Shown: positions 1 to 10,253 of the stretch, piece after piece
Layout of the letters: each line of letters opens with the position of its first letter
How positions within the stretch are numbered: the stretch's first letter is position 1
IMG/VR virus record: IMGVR_UViG_3300008114_000042
Coordinates: 34,865 to 98,864 of that record
Direction: 5' to 3' (one strand)
Length of the DNA stretch: 64,000 nt
Source of the DNA: a virus
The notes under the pieces: model-generated
What the model was told of the DNA's origin: nothing
What the model saw: the letters and a program-made list of their open reading frames with translations, nothing else
The model's database searches: none
Made by a program: the position numbers and the translations under genes

Positions 1-4
1 TAAC

Positions 5-448
5 ATGACATTCAAGGTAGTTGTGCGTAGGAATGAGTTGCCTCCTATCAATAATGCTACCGGAGGTTATAGGGTAAGGTTTCGCATCGTGTCTGCTGAC
101 CGCAACCGTACATCGGCATGGGTTGCCACCTCCTTGACTCCCTTGACTGCTCGTACCCGTAACCTAGGCTTGGGTATGGTTGCCAAGGTAGACAAGACAA
201 CCAACCCTTCATCCATCACCGCAACTTGGGACTATGACCCTGACACGAAGGATGAGTACGATGTCTATGTAGCATACGACACCGATCAGTGGGAATTCAA
301 GGGTAGGACAGCCATGCTTACCTATACTTGGCTGGCTCCCACCGGAAAATCTACAGCGAAGATAGAGATAAAGTCCCCCTCCTATCCCGTGGGAGAGTGG
401 TCAGAACTGCCCCCACCCCTTTACACGACCTCTGTCAGTCTGGTATAA
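5..448 (+). CDS. hypothetical protein, probably virion-associated (beta-rich, FN3-like)
   Basis: 147-aa ORF; pattern 'ITATWDY...YDVYVAYD...W' suggests a beta-sandwich; may start upstream of the window. Confidence 0.55.
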   Translation: MTFKVVVRRNELPPINNATGGYRVRFRIVSADRNRTSAWVATSLTPLTARTRNLGLGMVAKVDKTTNPSSITATWDYDPDTKDEYDVYVAYDTDQWEFKGRTAMLTYTWLAPTGKSTAKIEIKSPSYPVGEWSELPPPLYTTSVSLV

Positions 449-455
449 TAGGGGT

Positions 456-899
456 ATGTCACGAGTACCCTTGCCAGATAGAGGCAACCCACTAGACGTT
501 ACTTACCTCTACTCCCTCGCACAGGCTATCAACGACATAGCAAGCGAGGTATCTTCTGCCACCTACAACTACACTACCGTCAAGACCCGTGAGATGGGTG
601 ACCAGAATATCAAGACATCCGAAGCACGCATCGTCGCAGGGTACCTAGATGTAGTCAATAACGAGAACGTCCTAGCAGGAACAACCAAGGCATTCTCCTT
701 CAACTATCCCTCTGACTTCAAGTATGCTCCTATCGTTACAGCAACACCAGTCAACGCAGGCAACACTCCCATCGGCAACGATGTCACCGTTGTCCTCAAC
801 TCCGTGACCACCAACCGAGTAGATGGAAACATCAAGTTTAACACTACTGGCACCCTGTCAGTCAGCATCAACTACATCGTCATCGGTATTCCCACTTGA
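456..899 (+). CDS. conserved phage structural-type protein
   Basis: Leaderless ATG just after TGGTATAAT; 'FSFNYPSDFKYAPIVTAT...YIVIG' resembles fibre-associated domains. Confidence 0.6.
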   Translation: MSRVPLPDRGNPLDVTYLYSLAQAINDIASEVSSATYNYTTVKTREMGDQNIKTSEARIVAGYLDVVNNENVLAGTTKAFSFNYPSDFKYAPIVTATPVNAGNTPIGNDVTVVLNSVTTNRVDGNIKFNTTGTLSVSINYIVIGIPT

Positions 900-930
900 C
901 ATTTACCAACTAAAGTGGTATAATGTTACT

Positions 931-1431
931 ATGGACAGACCAAAGAACGCTCAGCGCAGAGCAAAGGTGTGGTTTCTCAACGGAGAAATAGTCTACGTTT
1001 ATCATATGAGTCGTGCGCAAGGGATAGTCACCCTCTACAACAAGACCAGATCGGTAAGGCAGCAGACAACCGTGCAGGAATGGACCCGCAAGCGTAGGAG
1101 AGCCTACACGGTGATGAAAACTAGCGAGTTACTCAACTACCACCGTAAGTCGTTAAGCCGCCTAGCACGCCTAGAAATCATTCCTATGCCCACCCCAGAG
1201 AGCGGCATCCGGGCAATGGGGCACTACGCCTACTATTCAGAAGACGATGTTATAGAAATTAGAAAGATACTGGCTGGCATCCACCACGGTAATGCGAGGA
1301 AGGATGGACTGGTCACCAACAACAAAATCCCCACAGAGCAAGAACTAAAACACAGGATGGGTGATGGTCAGATACTTTACCTTAAAAATGATGAGGGTAA
1401 GTTCGTCCCCGTCTTTAGCGAAACCATCTAG
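931..1431 (+). CDS. MerR-like helix-turn-helix DNA-binding protein
   Basis: TTGACA/TGGTATAAT promoter then ATG 931; 'YTVMKTSELLNYHRKSLSRLARLEIIP...YYSEDDV' fits a MerR-type wHTH. Confidence 0.65.
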   Translation: MDRPKNAQRRAKVWFLNGEIVYVYHMSRAQGIVTLYNKTRSVRQQTTVQEWTRKRRRAYTVMKTSELLNYHRKSLSRLARLEIIPMPTPESGIRAMGHYAYYSEDDVIEIRKILAGIHHGNARKDGLVTNNKIPTEQELKHRMGDGQILYLKNDEGKFVPVFSETI

Positions 1432-1487
1432 GGTCTTGACACCCTATCAAAAGAGTGCTACACTAGTAGCCTACGAAGGAGAAAAGT

Positions 1488-1685
1488 ATGGATGAAACAC
1501 GAATCAAGTGGGCCGCTGGCTACACTTTGAATGTTGGAAACTTCCAGTCCCTACGCCTTGACTGTGAAATCACAGATCATACGCGAGGTGACGAGACAGT
1601 TGTAGAGGCATCAAACCGTGTCTACAAACTGGTGGAAGAGCAACTAGGAAAGAAGTTGGAAGAGGCACGAGAGGCACTAGGGTGA
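1488..1685 (+). CDS. conserved phage hypothetical protein
   Basis: RBS AAGGAG, own promoter, 'GYTLNVGNFQSLRLD' motif. Confidence 0.7.
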   Translation: MDETRIKWAAGYTLNVGNFQSLRLDCEITDHTRGDETVVEASNRVYKLVEEQLGKKLEEAREALG

Positions 1686-1906
1686 ACAGGAAGGCACACG
1701 CTTATAGAGCAATAAACGAACGCCCACTGGTCCTATGTGCATGGGGAAACACCCCATCGCAGGCAATGAGGAAACTTGCTACAATCATTAAGGATGTAAT
1801 GGAGGATTACCCCCACAGCCTCGTCCTTGGGTTGAGCACTCATTATGACGATGACTTTGTGTTCCATATTACAGCGACACTATCGCTGTCTGTCCTAGGA
1901 GAGTAA
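1682..1906 (+). CDS. hypothetical protein
   Basis: ORF coupled by overlaps to both neighbours. Confidence 0.55.
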   Translation: MNRKAHAYRAINERPLVLCAWGNTPSQAMRKLATIIKDVMEDYPHSLVLGLSTHYDDDFVFHITATLSLSVLGE

Positions 1907-2214
1907 TGGCTGACCGTAAGGATCGTTTCAAACTCATCAGAGAGTTTGTATCTCTATACCAGCAACGGTATGGGAAGGTTGCGATTATCAACCGCAACAC
2001 AGAGCAGTGGAATGCAGAGGGCATCATCGACACCTTTGGTATGGATGGCAGCATTGAACTACTGCACTACTATTTCAGTTATGCACAGAGCCCTAACTGG
2101 ACAACCTTCGCCCGAACCTATGACAAAATCTATCTGGCGAAGCAGGCAATGGAAACAGATTTGCGTGAACGCGCAGAGCGACGAGAGAAAGCAAAGGAGT
2201 GGCTGGCGAAGTGA
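1906..2214 (+). CDS. hypothetical protein coupled to helicase (possible loader)
   Basis: RBS GGAG; stop overlaps the dnaB start. Confidence 0.6.
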   Translation: MADRKDRFKLIREFVSLYQQRYGKVAIINRNTEQWNAEGIIDTFGMDGSIELLHYYFSYAQSPNWTTFARTYDKIYLAKQAMETDLRERAERREKAKEWLAK

Positions 2215-3431
2215 TTAATCTAGAAGACAAGGTACTATCTGCTGTCCTTACAGACAGGCAGGTTCATATTCTCCTACAGGCGAACGTGGATGAGGTTCTC
2301 CGTACCCACAAGGACGTATGGGGCTTTATCAAGACCTACTACGAGAATAACCAGTCTACCCCACCCGTTGCTCTTGTTGAGTCAAAGTTTCCAGACTTCG
2401 AATACACTTCGGAGGTAGGTGCCACCAAGTATCACCTTGATGAGTTGCGACAGGACTATCTTGAGGACAACTTCAAGATCGCTCTCCGCTCTGCTGCTAC
2501 TTCTATCCAAGAGGGTAGGACAGCAGAGGCACTTGACCTTCTCATCAAGGATACTAGCGCACTCAAGAAGATCACGGCAGACGTTCGTGACCTTGACATC
2601 GCAGACGTTGATGACGCCGTTGCCTATTTTGAGAAGGTTCGTGAGTTGATGGAGAGTGGCTTCCACGGCATTCGCACAGGACTCGCAGGCTTCGACAACT
2701 ACATCACTTCTGGCATTACCCCCGGACAGTTGGGTGTGCTCCTTGCCTACCCTGCTATTGGTAAGTCGTGGATGTCTCAATACTTCGCAGTTCAAGCATG
2801 GAAGCATGGGCGTACCCCGCTCATCATCAGTCTGGAAATGACGGAGGAAGAGGTACGAAACCGACTCTTCACCATTATCGGTGAGGGCTTCTGGTCCCAC
2901 AAGAACCTTTCCTCTGGTAAGGTAGAACTGGATATGTTCAAGAAGTGGGCACAGAAGACATTTGAGGGAAAGCCACCATTCCATATCATCAGCAGCGACG
3001 GTATGGGAGAGGTCACCCCATCAGTAGTCAGAGGTAAGATTGAGCAATATAAGCCTGATATCGTTTTTATCGACTATATCAATCTAATGCAGTCTAACCA
3101 GCGTTCTGATAGTGAGCCAGTCAAGATGAAGAATATCTCCCGTGAGTTGAAGTTGCTGGCGATTGGAACACACGTTCCTATTATGGCTATTTCGTCTGCT
3201 ACGCCAGATGAGACCAGCAATATGAATACTGTTCCTACCCTTGGACAGATTCGATGGGGAAAGGACCTTGCCTACGATGCTGACTTTTTGCTTGCTATGG
3301 GCCGTGATGCAAACTCCGATACAATTTCTTGTGTCTTTCGCAAGAACCGGAATGGCTTTCTTGGTGAATTCCTTGTTCAGGTGGACTTTGATAGCGGCAG
3401 GTTCAGGGATATCGATTTGTCTGGCGTATGA
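2211..3431 (+). CDS. dnaB: replicative DNA helicase, DnaB-like
   Basis: Walker A 'AYPAIGKS', 'ISLEM', 'IVFIDYINLM', 'DADF', 'KNRNG'. Confidence 0.95.
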   Translation: MINLEDKVLSAVLTDRQVHILLQANVDEVLRTHKDVWGFIKTYYENNQSTPPVALVESKFPDFEYTSEVGATKYHLDELRQDYLEDNFKIALRSAATSIQEGRTAEALDLLIKDTSALKKITADVRDLDIADVDDAVAYFEKVRELMESGFHGIRTGLAGFDNYITSGITPGQLGVLLAYPAIGKSWMSQYFAVQAWKHGRTPLIISLEMTEEEVRNRLFTIIGEGFWSHKNLSSGKVELDMFKKWAQKTFEGKPPFHIISSDGMGEVTPSVVRGKIEQYKPDIVFIDYINLMQSNQRSDSEPVKMKNISRELKLLAIGTHVPIMAISSATPDETSNMNTVPTLGQIRWGKDLAYDADFLLAMGRDANSDTISCVFRKNRNGFLGEFLVQVDFDSGRFRDIDLSGV

Positions 3432-3455
3432 TACAATATATTTGGAGAGATACAA

Positions 3456-3632
3456 ATGAAACACGATGAACTATGCCCTTCTGCCTACACCTTTGGTGTG
3501 TGTGAATGCGATCTTATTCGCAGGGTAATGCAGAGGGAAGAGTCAAAATACGAAATAGAACTTGACAGAAAAAGAATGGAATGGTACAATAATGGCTTCA
3601 GAGAAGGAGAGCGTCATGGAAGAAGATTTTAG
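3456..3632 (+). CDS. small HDxxC...CxC protein
   Basis: Manual translation MKHDELCPSAYTFGVCECDLIRRVMQREE...; RBS GGAG. Confidence 0.65.
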   Translation: MKHDELCPSAYTFGVCECDLIRRVMQREESKYEIELDRKRMEWYNNGFREGERHGRRF

Positions 3633-3918
3633 TAAGCCCCACGATTGGCAGTGCCCGACACAACAGGGACACGAGACTTGCCTATGTGATTTCATCGGGA
3701 GCATTAGGCAGCAGAATGCCGAGGTAGTAGATGGAATGATCCGAAGCGTCCTTCCCCCTATTGAGAATGCATTCCCTCCCCATAATGATGAGGACGAGGA
3801 ATGTCTTGGATGCTCCGTCATCCAGTACCTTCTACAGATGCCTTTCATTCTAAACCCCAATTACCAACCGCGAGAAGCAGGAGAAGATGATGAAGAGACT
3901 GGTGGACCTAACACCTGA
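3616..3918 (+). CDS. small HDxxC...CxC protein
   Basis: RBS AAGGAG; 'PHDWQCP...CLCDFIGSIRQQ'. Confidence 0.6.
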   Translation: MEEDFSKPHDWQCPTQQGHETCLCDFIGSIRQQNAEVVDGMIRSVLPPIENAFPPHNDEDEECLGCSVIQYLLQMPFILNPNYQPREAGEDDEETGGPNT

Positions 3919-4045
3919 GCAGTACGACAAGGTGGTAGATGACGTGATGGTCTTCCTTTCTGCCTACCCGAATGCTGACAATTCAGCGGTAGAGGAATAT
4001 ATGTATTCCATTATCAGAATGTATGACTAGTGGTATAATGTCTCT

Positions 4046-4399
4046 ATGGAAAACTTCGCTCATAAGAAAATAAAGAGGTTTGAACTGGAAGGCCAGATAG
4101 TGGACGACAGTGCTATCCCTCGTATGAGAGAAGAGTACGAGCGGCTGCTCGTCGCAGGTATGAGATGCGACGGGTATGTCCCAAGACTTGACATAGGACC
4201 AGAGTTTACGATACAATATAACCGAACACATTACACTTTTACATTATCCGTATATGGCGTGTACCTAGGAAAGAGGCAAGCAGAATGCATCGAAGGACTG
4301 GACGGCCCCCGGCCCGTCTATTCACAGAGGAACAGATCAGAAGGGTCATCCTCGTTTCGGGAGCAACCATCGAAGGCGAAGTCGGAACAGACTTCCTAG
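4046..4399 (+). CDS. conserved phage hypothetical protein
   Basis: Leaderless ATG after TGGTATAAT; precedes primase. Confidence 0.7.
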   Translation: MENFAHKKIKRFELEGQIVDDSAIPRMREEYERLLVAGMRCDGYVPRLDIGPEFTIQYNRTHYTFTLSVYGVYLGKRQAECIEGLDGPRPVYSQRNRSEGSSSFREQPSKAKSEQTS

Positions 4400-5223
4400 T
4401 CTTTTGCCCATTTCACGGCAACTTCCGCACCCCCGCAGGCGAGGTAGACAAGGAGAAAGGAACGTTCTTCTGCTTCTCGTGTAGGCATGTATGCGACCTC
4501 AACGACTACATCACCAAGGTATCCGGCAAGACCTACTTCCAAGCAGAGCGCCTCATCAAGCAGATGGAGCAGGAAATGGACATCACGGATATCCTTGATA
4601 AGGAACTGGAAGAGAAGCCAGAGTTTGTTCCCTTCGATGAACTGCTCATCAAGCGCCTTCACAACGACCTTGACCTACGGGCACGCACCTACCTCAACCT
4701 TCGACTCATCAACGATGAGAGCATCGACCGCTTCATGCTGGGGTACTCCCGCAAGCAGGATATGATTACCGTCCCGGTGTCTGCTCCTGACGGGATGTGG
4801 GTTGGCTTTGTCGGCAGGAGTCTTGAAGGCAAGCAGTTCAAGAATACGACCGGGCATTGGAGAAGTAAGACTCTCTTTAATCTACATAAGACGCGCAAGT
4901 ACGATCAAGTCTATGTAGTTGAGTCTTCGTTTGATGCGATTAGGCTCTCCCAGAATGGCATTCCCGCAGTAGCCACTCTGGGTGCAAGCGTTTCCAACAT
5001 TCAGTTGGGGCTCTTGGAAAAGTATTTCAGCACTGTTGTCGTCATCGGTGACAACGACGATGCTGGAAAACTGATGAAGGAAAGAGTATTGACACGGCTG
5101 GGAAACCGTGCTATACTAATAACATTGCCAGACAGGTTCAAGGATGTCGGAGACTTGACTGACAGTGACATAGCACAACTAAACACAAAAATATCCGATC
5201 CACTACTATCACTAAGTATTTAA
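4285..5223 (+). CDS. dnaG: DNA primase (CHC2 zinc finger + TOPRIM)
   Basis: 'CPFH...CFSC' zinc finger; TOPRIM 'VVESSFDA', 'GDNDDAG'. Confidence 0.93.
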   Translation: MHRRTGRPPARLFTEEQIRRVILVSGATIEGEVGTDFLVFCPFHGNFRTPAGEVDKEKGTFFCFSCRHVCDLNDYITKVSGKTYFQAERLIKQMEQEMDITDILDKELEEKPEFVPFDELLIKRLHNDLDLRARTYLNLRLINDESIDRFMLGYSRKQDMITVPVSAPDGMWVGFVGRSLEGKQFKNTTGHWRSKTLFNLHKTRKYDQVYVVESSFDAIRLSQNGIPAVATLGASVSNIQLGLLEKYFSTVVVIGDNDDAGKLMKERVLTRLGNRAILITLPDRFKDVGDLTDSDIAQLNTKISDPLLSLSI

Positions 5224-5234
5224 GGAGAAACTAT

Positions 5235-5894
5235 ATGTCGATTATTACAGGTCTCAAGGCAATGGAAGCCGCTATGACCACTAAGGAATACACCAACGAC
5301 GGCCCGAAGGTCCGTTGGGTGAAGTTGGAGGATAGGCAGGTTGTCAAGGCTCGTCCCATCAATGAACTTGATGAAGATTCCAGCAACTATGACCCCTCAC
5401 GAGGTCTTACAATCGTAGTCGTGGAGCACACTAACCCCAAGGACTACAAGAAGAAGGCTGTCTGCACGATGGACACCGAAGGTCGCTGCTACGGCTGCGA
5501 GATGAACCAGAAGGACCCCAAGGCTGGCTGGTATGGTCGCAAGCGCTTCTACATCAACCTGCTCGTAGACGACTCACTTGAGCCTCCCTACGTCGCAGTC
5601 TGGTCACAGGGGCTTGGAAAGCAGTCCTCTGTTCCTACCCTCGTGGAATACTACCACGATACTCAGGCTATCTCCAACCTCTCTTGGAAGTTGAAGCGTC
5701 AGGGCTCTGGCACGGACACCACCTACGTCCTTTTGCCTACCGTTCCCGACACCGAGCCTTTCGACTGGAAGGGTATTGAGCCCTTCCCGCTGGACAAGGT
5801 TGTCCGACAGATTCCTTATGCGGATCAGGAGTCGTTCTACCTTGGGTTCGATAGTGCTCTCTCTTCTGCCACCTCTACTTCCGTAGACTGGTAG
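5235..5894 (+). CDS. single-stranded DNA-binding protein (gp32-like)
   Basis: 'H...C...CYGC' Zn motif, 'KRQGSGTDTTY', C-terminal 'DW' tail; position in replication module. Confidence 0.8.
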   Translation: MSIITGLKAMEAAMTTKEYTNDGPKVRWVKLEDRQVVKARPINELDEDSSNYDPSRGLTIVVVEHTNPKDYKKKAVCTMDTEGRCYGCEMNQKDPKAGWYGRKRFYINLLVDDSLEPPYVAVWSQGLGKQSSVPTLVEYYHDTQAISNLSWKLKRQGSGTDTTYVLLPTVPDTEPFDWKGIEPFPLDKVVRQIPYADQESFYLGFDSALSSATSTSVDW

Positions 5895-5901
5895 AACCCC
5901 C

Positions 5902-5940
5902 GACTGGGGATAGGCTTACTCACTCCACCTATCCCCAGTC
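5902..5940 (+). terminator. 13-bp stem hairpin after ssb
   Basis: gactggggatagg / cctatccccagtc perfect inverted repeat. Confidence 0.6.
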
Positions 5941-5979
5941 AAACCCATCATTCTCACACCGATATGGTATAATATGACT

Positions 5980-6552
5980 ATGAGAATGACGACAAATGTT
6001 GGCGAAACAAATGAATACGGAGTCAAAGTAGTTGGCGGTCCCTACTATGGGATAGCAAGAGGAAACTCTACACGATGGGACTATCTGTGCCCCTTCTGTG
6101 AAGAAACTTTCAGAGCGCCGACCACAAACTTTAAAAAGGCAAAGTCTTGCTACAACTGCCGGGGCTGGGCACTTCGGAAGTCATCAGCAGAAATAACTTG
6201 GCGAAACCATTATGGGATGGTCAAAAGCCGCAAGGCAGCAAAAGAAAAAGGTTTTGATATCACACTAGAGCAGTTTGTAGAGATATCTTCTATGGACTGC
6301 CACTACTGCGGGATAGAGCCGTCCCCCACAAAAGGACACCGGCAATGGTCTGAGACTATTCTCACGAATGGTCTTGACAGGGTGGACCCAAGTGTGGGAT
6401 ACTTATATTCCAACGTAGTCCCCTGTTGCAAAGACTGCAACATAGCGAAGTTAGACAAGACAACTAAGGAGTTTACCTCGTGGCTAACGAGAATAGCACA
6501 GCACCAAGCAATAACTATGTCCCTCTCCACCTCCACTCGCATTTCAGTTTGA
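5980..6552 (+). CDS. HNH-type homing endonuclease
   Basis: 'CHYCG...GLDRVDPSVGY...NVVPCCKDCNIAK'; leaderless after TGGTATAAT. Confidence 0.85.
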   Translation: MRMTTNVGETNEYGVKVVGGPYYGIARGNSTRWDYLCPFCEETFRAPTTNFKKAKSCYNCRGWALRKSSAEITWRNHYGMVKSRKAAKEKGFDITLEQFVEISSMDCHYCGIEPSPTKGHRQWSETILTNGLDRVDPSVGYLYSNVVPCCKDCNIAKLDKTTKEFTSWLTRIAQHQAITMSLSTSTRISV

Positions 6553-9500
6553 TGGATGGAGTTTCTACAACAGAAGAGTATGTATCCCGCGCTATCGATA
6601 ACGGTATGCGCGGCATTGCTATTACTGACCACGGAACACTCTCCGGTCATCGTGCTATGTATCGTGCTGCGACCAGCGCAGGCATCAAGCCGGTACTGGG
6701 AATCGAAGCCTACTTTACCCCTGACAGAAAGGACCGCAGGGACTACGACGAGCGCACCACTCCACTAGACAAGGTGTATAACCATCTTATCATCCTTGCG
6801 AAGAACAACAAGGGTCTTGCTAACCTTAACAAGATGAGCGAGATTTCTTGGAATGATGGCTTCTTTAAGAAGCCTCGTATTGACTTTGAGTTGCTAGAGA
6901 AGTACGGTGATGGACTCATCATTTCCTCTGCATGTATGGGTGGCCTTATCAACCAAGCGATTGAGCAGGACGAACTTGCCGTAGCCAAGGGGCACCTTAA
7001 GTGGTTCGGTGACCGCTTCGGTGACGACTTCTATGTAGAGGTCATGCCACACAACCCTGCTTACATCAACCAGACACTCATCGAACTTGCAGACCACGGC
7101 GGTCACAAGATCATCGTTACTCCTGACTGTCATCACGCGACGGTAGACCAGAAGATCATTCAGGAAGTCATGCTCATCAACAATACTCATCCTAAGCAGG
7201 TTAAGGATACTACCTATGCCAAGGCAGCCAAGATCGACAACCTCATGGATCGCCTTGACTACCTTTACGACAAGGATCGCAAACTAACTTTCAACAAGTT
7301 CGACATTCACTTGCTCTCCGCAGACGAGATGCGTGAGGCCATGGAGAACAGTGGTGGTTTTAGGGAGGATATGTTCTCCAACACAGAGGAAATCCTTGAC
7401 AAGGTAGAGGACTACAAGATGCCTCGTAACCTCAACCTCCTTCCCACAGAGTACCAGAAGCCAGCAGACGAACTTCGCCGTCTGGCCTATGAGGGTCTGG
7501 CAGAGCGTGGGTTCGCAGACAACCCAGAGTATGTCGCACGACTGGATGAGGAACTGTCCATCATCCACGACAAGGGCTTTGAGCCTTACTTTCTCGTGGT
7601 GCGCAACATGCTCAACTGGGCACGCAAGCAGGGCATCATGGTAGGACCGGGTAGAGGATCGGCAGCAGGATCACTACTGTCTTTCTGTCTCTACATCACA
7701 GACATTGATCCTATCCCCCACGGACTACTGTTCTTCCGCTTCATCGATCCTAGCCGTGATGATTTCCCTGACATCGATTCTGACATTCAGGATAGTCGTC
7801 GTGATGAGGTCAAGGCTTATCTGGAAGCACAGTACCGGCATGTGGCATCCATTGCTACCTACCAAGAGTTCAAGGATAAGGGAGTCGTGCGTGACGTTGC
7901 TCGCGTGTTCAACGTCCCTCTGTCCGATGTGAACCGTGCTCTTAAGTCTGTCGATGTGTGGGAGGCATTTGCCTTTAGCCGCAGCACCGCATGGTTCCGA
8001 GAGAAGTACCCTGAGGTGGTCACCGTAGCAGAGCAGTTGCGTGGTCGCATCAGAGGCACAGGCATCCACGCCGCAGGCATGGTCACTGCCAAGTCTCCTA
8101 TCTCCAAGGTGGCTCCTATGGAGACACGAGTGGACCCCGCCAGCAAGGAGCGCATCCCTGTCGTGGCGGTCGATATGGAAGAGGCAGCAGACATTGGCCT
8201 TATCAAGATTGACATTCTTGGTCTTAAGACTCTCTCCGTTATTGACGACACTCTTAAGACTATCAAGGAGCGATGGGGAAAGACCATCGACCTTCACTCC
8301 ATCCCGATGGATGATAAGAAGGTTTACGAAATGATTTCGGCTGGTCACACGAAGGGCATCTTCCAGTGTGAGGCTGCCCCCTACACCAACCTCATTCTCA
8401 AGATGGGCATTCGCAACTTCGATGAACTTGTAGCCTCCAACGCACTCGTGCGCCCCGGTGCTATGAACACCATTGGTAAGTCCTACGTTGCTCGCAAGCA
8501 TGGCAAGCAGGACATCTCCTATGCCTCTCCACTGATGAAGGCATTCACAGAGGAAACGTATGGTACTATTCTCTATCAGGAGCAGGTTATGCTCGCCTGT
8601 ACGGAACTAGGCGGCATGACCATGGAGCAGGCCAATAAGGTTCGTAAGATTATTGGAAAGAAGAAGGACGCTAAGGAGTTTGATGAGTTCAAGGAGTTAT
8701 TCATTCGGAATGCGAGTGGGCCACTTGGCGGGGCGGCTGCTGAAAAGATGTGGCATGATTTCGAAGCCCACGCCGGGTATTCGTTTAACAAGTCTCATGC
8801 TGTCGCTTACTCAACCCTATCGTACTGGACCGCATGGCTCAAGCACTACTACCCGCTAGAGTTCATGTTCTGCGTTCTTAAGAATGAGAAGCAGGCAAAG
8901 GATAGAACACCCTATCTTATTGAAGCAAAGCGCATGGGAATCCCCCTGCGACTACCACACATCAACGAGTCAGACCTTGACTTTAAGATTGAAGGGAAGG
9001 CGATCCGCTTTGGGTTGACTAGCATTAAGTTCCTTAGTGATAAGGTCGGTGGCAGATATATCGATAACCGTCCTTTCCATTCCTACGAACAAGTTAAAGA
9101 GTTTACTCTCACAAAGGGCAACGGAGTAAACACTCGTGCTCTTTCGGCTCTTGATGCAGTAGGCGCTGTGGCGTTCCCTGACAATCCTAGGGATGAGAAC
9201 AGGGTTCGAAGCAACCTCTATGAGTACCTAGAACTGCCAGAGTTTGCAACTGATATCCCATCTCATATCCATGCCTTCATGGACAACTGTGATGACTTCG
9301 ATGAGAAGGGCGTGTTTATCTTCATGGGTGTCGTGCGTGATATCAAGCGGGGTATGGGATGGGCACGGGTAGAAATCCTTGATGCCACCGGCAGCGTAGG
9401 AGTCTTTGATGATCCACAAACAACCATTGAGAAGGGCAAGCAGTACCTCTTTCTCGTTGGGTCTAACCGGGTAGTTGAGGCGATCCCTGTGGATGAGATT

Positions 9501-9788
9501 GCCACAAGCAAGTCAGCCTTCGTAAGGTTCCTCAATTACAAGCAACTACCTTACAGTGAAGGAGAATACTATGTTCTGGCTTTTAAGCGGAGGGTGACCA
9601 AAGCGGGAGCGAACATGGCTACTCTAATTGTATCCAATTCCAACAGAGAGTTGCGGAGCGTTGTTGTATTCAGCCGAGAGTTCCCAGACGCATACACGCA
9701 CCTTGATGAGGGAAAGGCATTCTCCATTGACTTTGGAAAGACCAAGGATGGGGACCTAACCTACAAGGGAGTTCTTACTAATGCTTGA
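6480..9788 (+). CDS. dnaE: DNA polymerase III alpha subunit
   Basis: PHP 'HLHSHFS', 'TDHG'; 'GPGRGSAAGS', 'PDIDSD', 'YSFNKSH'; C-terminal OB folds. Confidence 0.97.
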   Translation: MANENSTAPSNNYVPLHLHSHFSLMDGVSTTEEYVSRAIDNGMRGIAITDHGTLSGHRAMYRAATSAGIKPVLGIEAYFTPDRKDRRDYDERTTPLDKVYNHLIILAKNNKGLANLNKMSEISWNDGFFKKPRIDFELLEKYGDGLIISSACMGGLINQAIEQDELAVAKGHLKWFGDRFGDDFYVEVMPHNPAYINQTLIELADHGGHKIIVTPDCHHATVDQKIIQEVMLINNTHPKQVKDTTYAKAAKIDNLMDRLDYLYDKDRKLTFNKFDIHLLSADEMREAMENSGGFREDMFSNTEEILDKVEDYKMPRNLNLLPTEYQKPADELRRLAYEGLAERGFADNPEYVARLDEELSIIHDKGFEPYFLVVRNMLNWARKQGIMVGPGRGSAAGSLLSFCLYITDIDPIPHGLLFFRFIDPSRDDFPDIDSDIQDSRRDEVKAYLEAQYRHVASIATYQEFKDKGVVRDVARVFNVPLSDVNRALKSVDVWEAFAFSRSTAWFREKYPEVVTVAEQLRGRIRGTGIHAAGMVTAKSPISKVAPMETRVDPASKERIPVVAVDMEEAADIGLIKIDILGLKTLSVIDDTLKTIKERWGKTIDLHSIPMDDKKVYEMISAGHTKGIFQCEAAPYTNLILKMGIRNFDELVASNALVRPGAMNTIGKSYVARKHGKQDISYASPLMKAFTEETYGTILYQEQVMLACTELGGMTMEQANKVRKIIGKKKDAKEFDEFKELFIRNASGPLGGAAAEKMWHDFEAHAGYSFNKSHAVAYSTLSYWTAWLKHYYPLEFMFCVLKNEKQAKDRTPYLIEAKRMGIPLRLPHINESDLDFKIEGKAIRFGLTSIKFLSDKVGGRYIDNRPFHSYEQVKEFTLTKGNGVNTRALSALDAVGAVAFPDNPRDENRVRSNLYEYLELPEFATDIPSHIHAFMDNCDDFDEKGVFIFMGVVRDIKRGMGWARVEILDATGSVGVFDDPQTTIEKGKQYLFLVGSNRVVEAIPVDEIATSKSAFVRFLNYKQLPYSEGEYYVLAFKRRVTKAGANMATLIVSNSNRELRSVVVFSREFPDAYTHLDEGKAFSIDFGKTKDGDLTYKGVLTNA

Positions 9789-9868
9789 TTGCGTTTCAGC
9801 GTTGGTTATGACTTCCGAAGCGTTCTTAACACACATAGAAAAAACTACAACTACCAAGAGGGACTAAA

Positions 9869-10213
9869 ATGAACATCAACCTAGAAGAGTACGCCTTTGC
9901 TATTCATTCTAACGCAGTAGAAAAGGGTTTCTGGTCACCACTAGACAGGATGGAGCCACAGGATCATGTAGTGTTCTATATCAAGCAGTTGGCTATGATC
10001 GACAGCGAGGTAGCAGAAACATTAGAGGCTGTTCGCAAGGACAAGGGAGAGCGTGAGGTAGTGTTCGAAATGGCAGACATCCTCATTCGCCTCCTTGACC
10101 TATGGGCGGGTATGCAGCGTAATGGAGAGGTCCGTACCCTGCTCACCGATGCCCTCGTAGAGAAAATGGCAGCCAATATGGGTCGGCCACAACTTCATGG
10201 AGTAAGAGCATGA
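9869..10213 (+). CDS. MazG-like nucleotide pyrophosphohydrolase
   Basis: 'SEVAETLEA...EMADILIRLLD' acidic motifs. Confidence 0.85.
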   Translation: MNINLEEYAFAIHSNAVEKGFWSPLDRMEPQDHVVFYIKQLAMIDSEVAETLEAVRKDKGEREVVFEMADILIRLLDLWAGMQRNGEVRTLLTDALVEKMAANMGRPQLHGVRA

Positions 10214-10253
10214 GACTCCGTGTTTCGCTTTGGACTATGCTATAATGGTGGTT

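Noticed and set aside
7725-8501. Long antisense or alternate-frame ORFs (also 2382-2984, 16817-17614, 36417-37106)
   Set aside because: Shadows of strongly supported genes caused by codon bias
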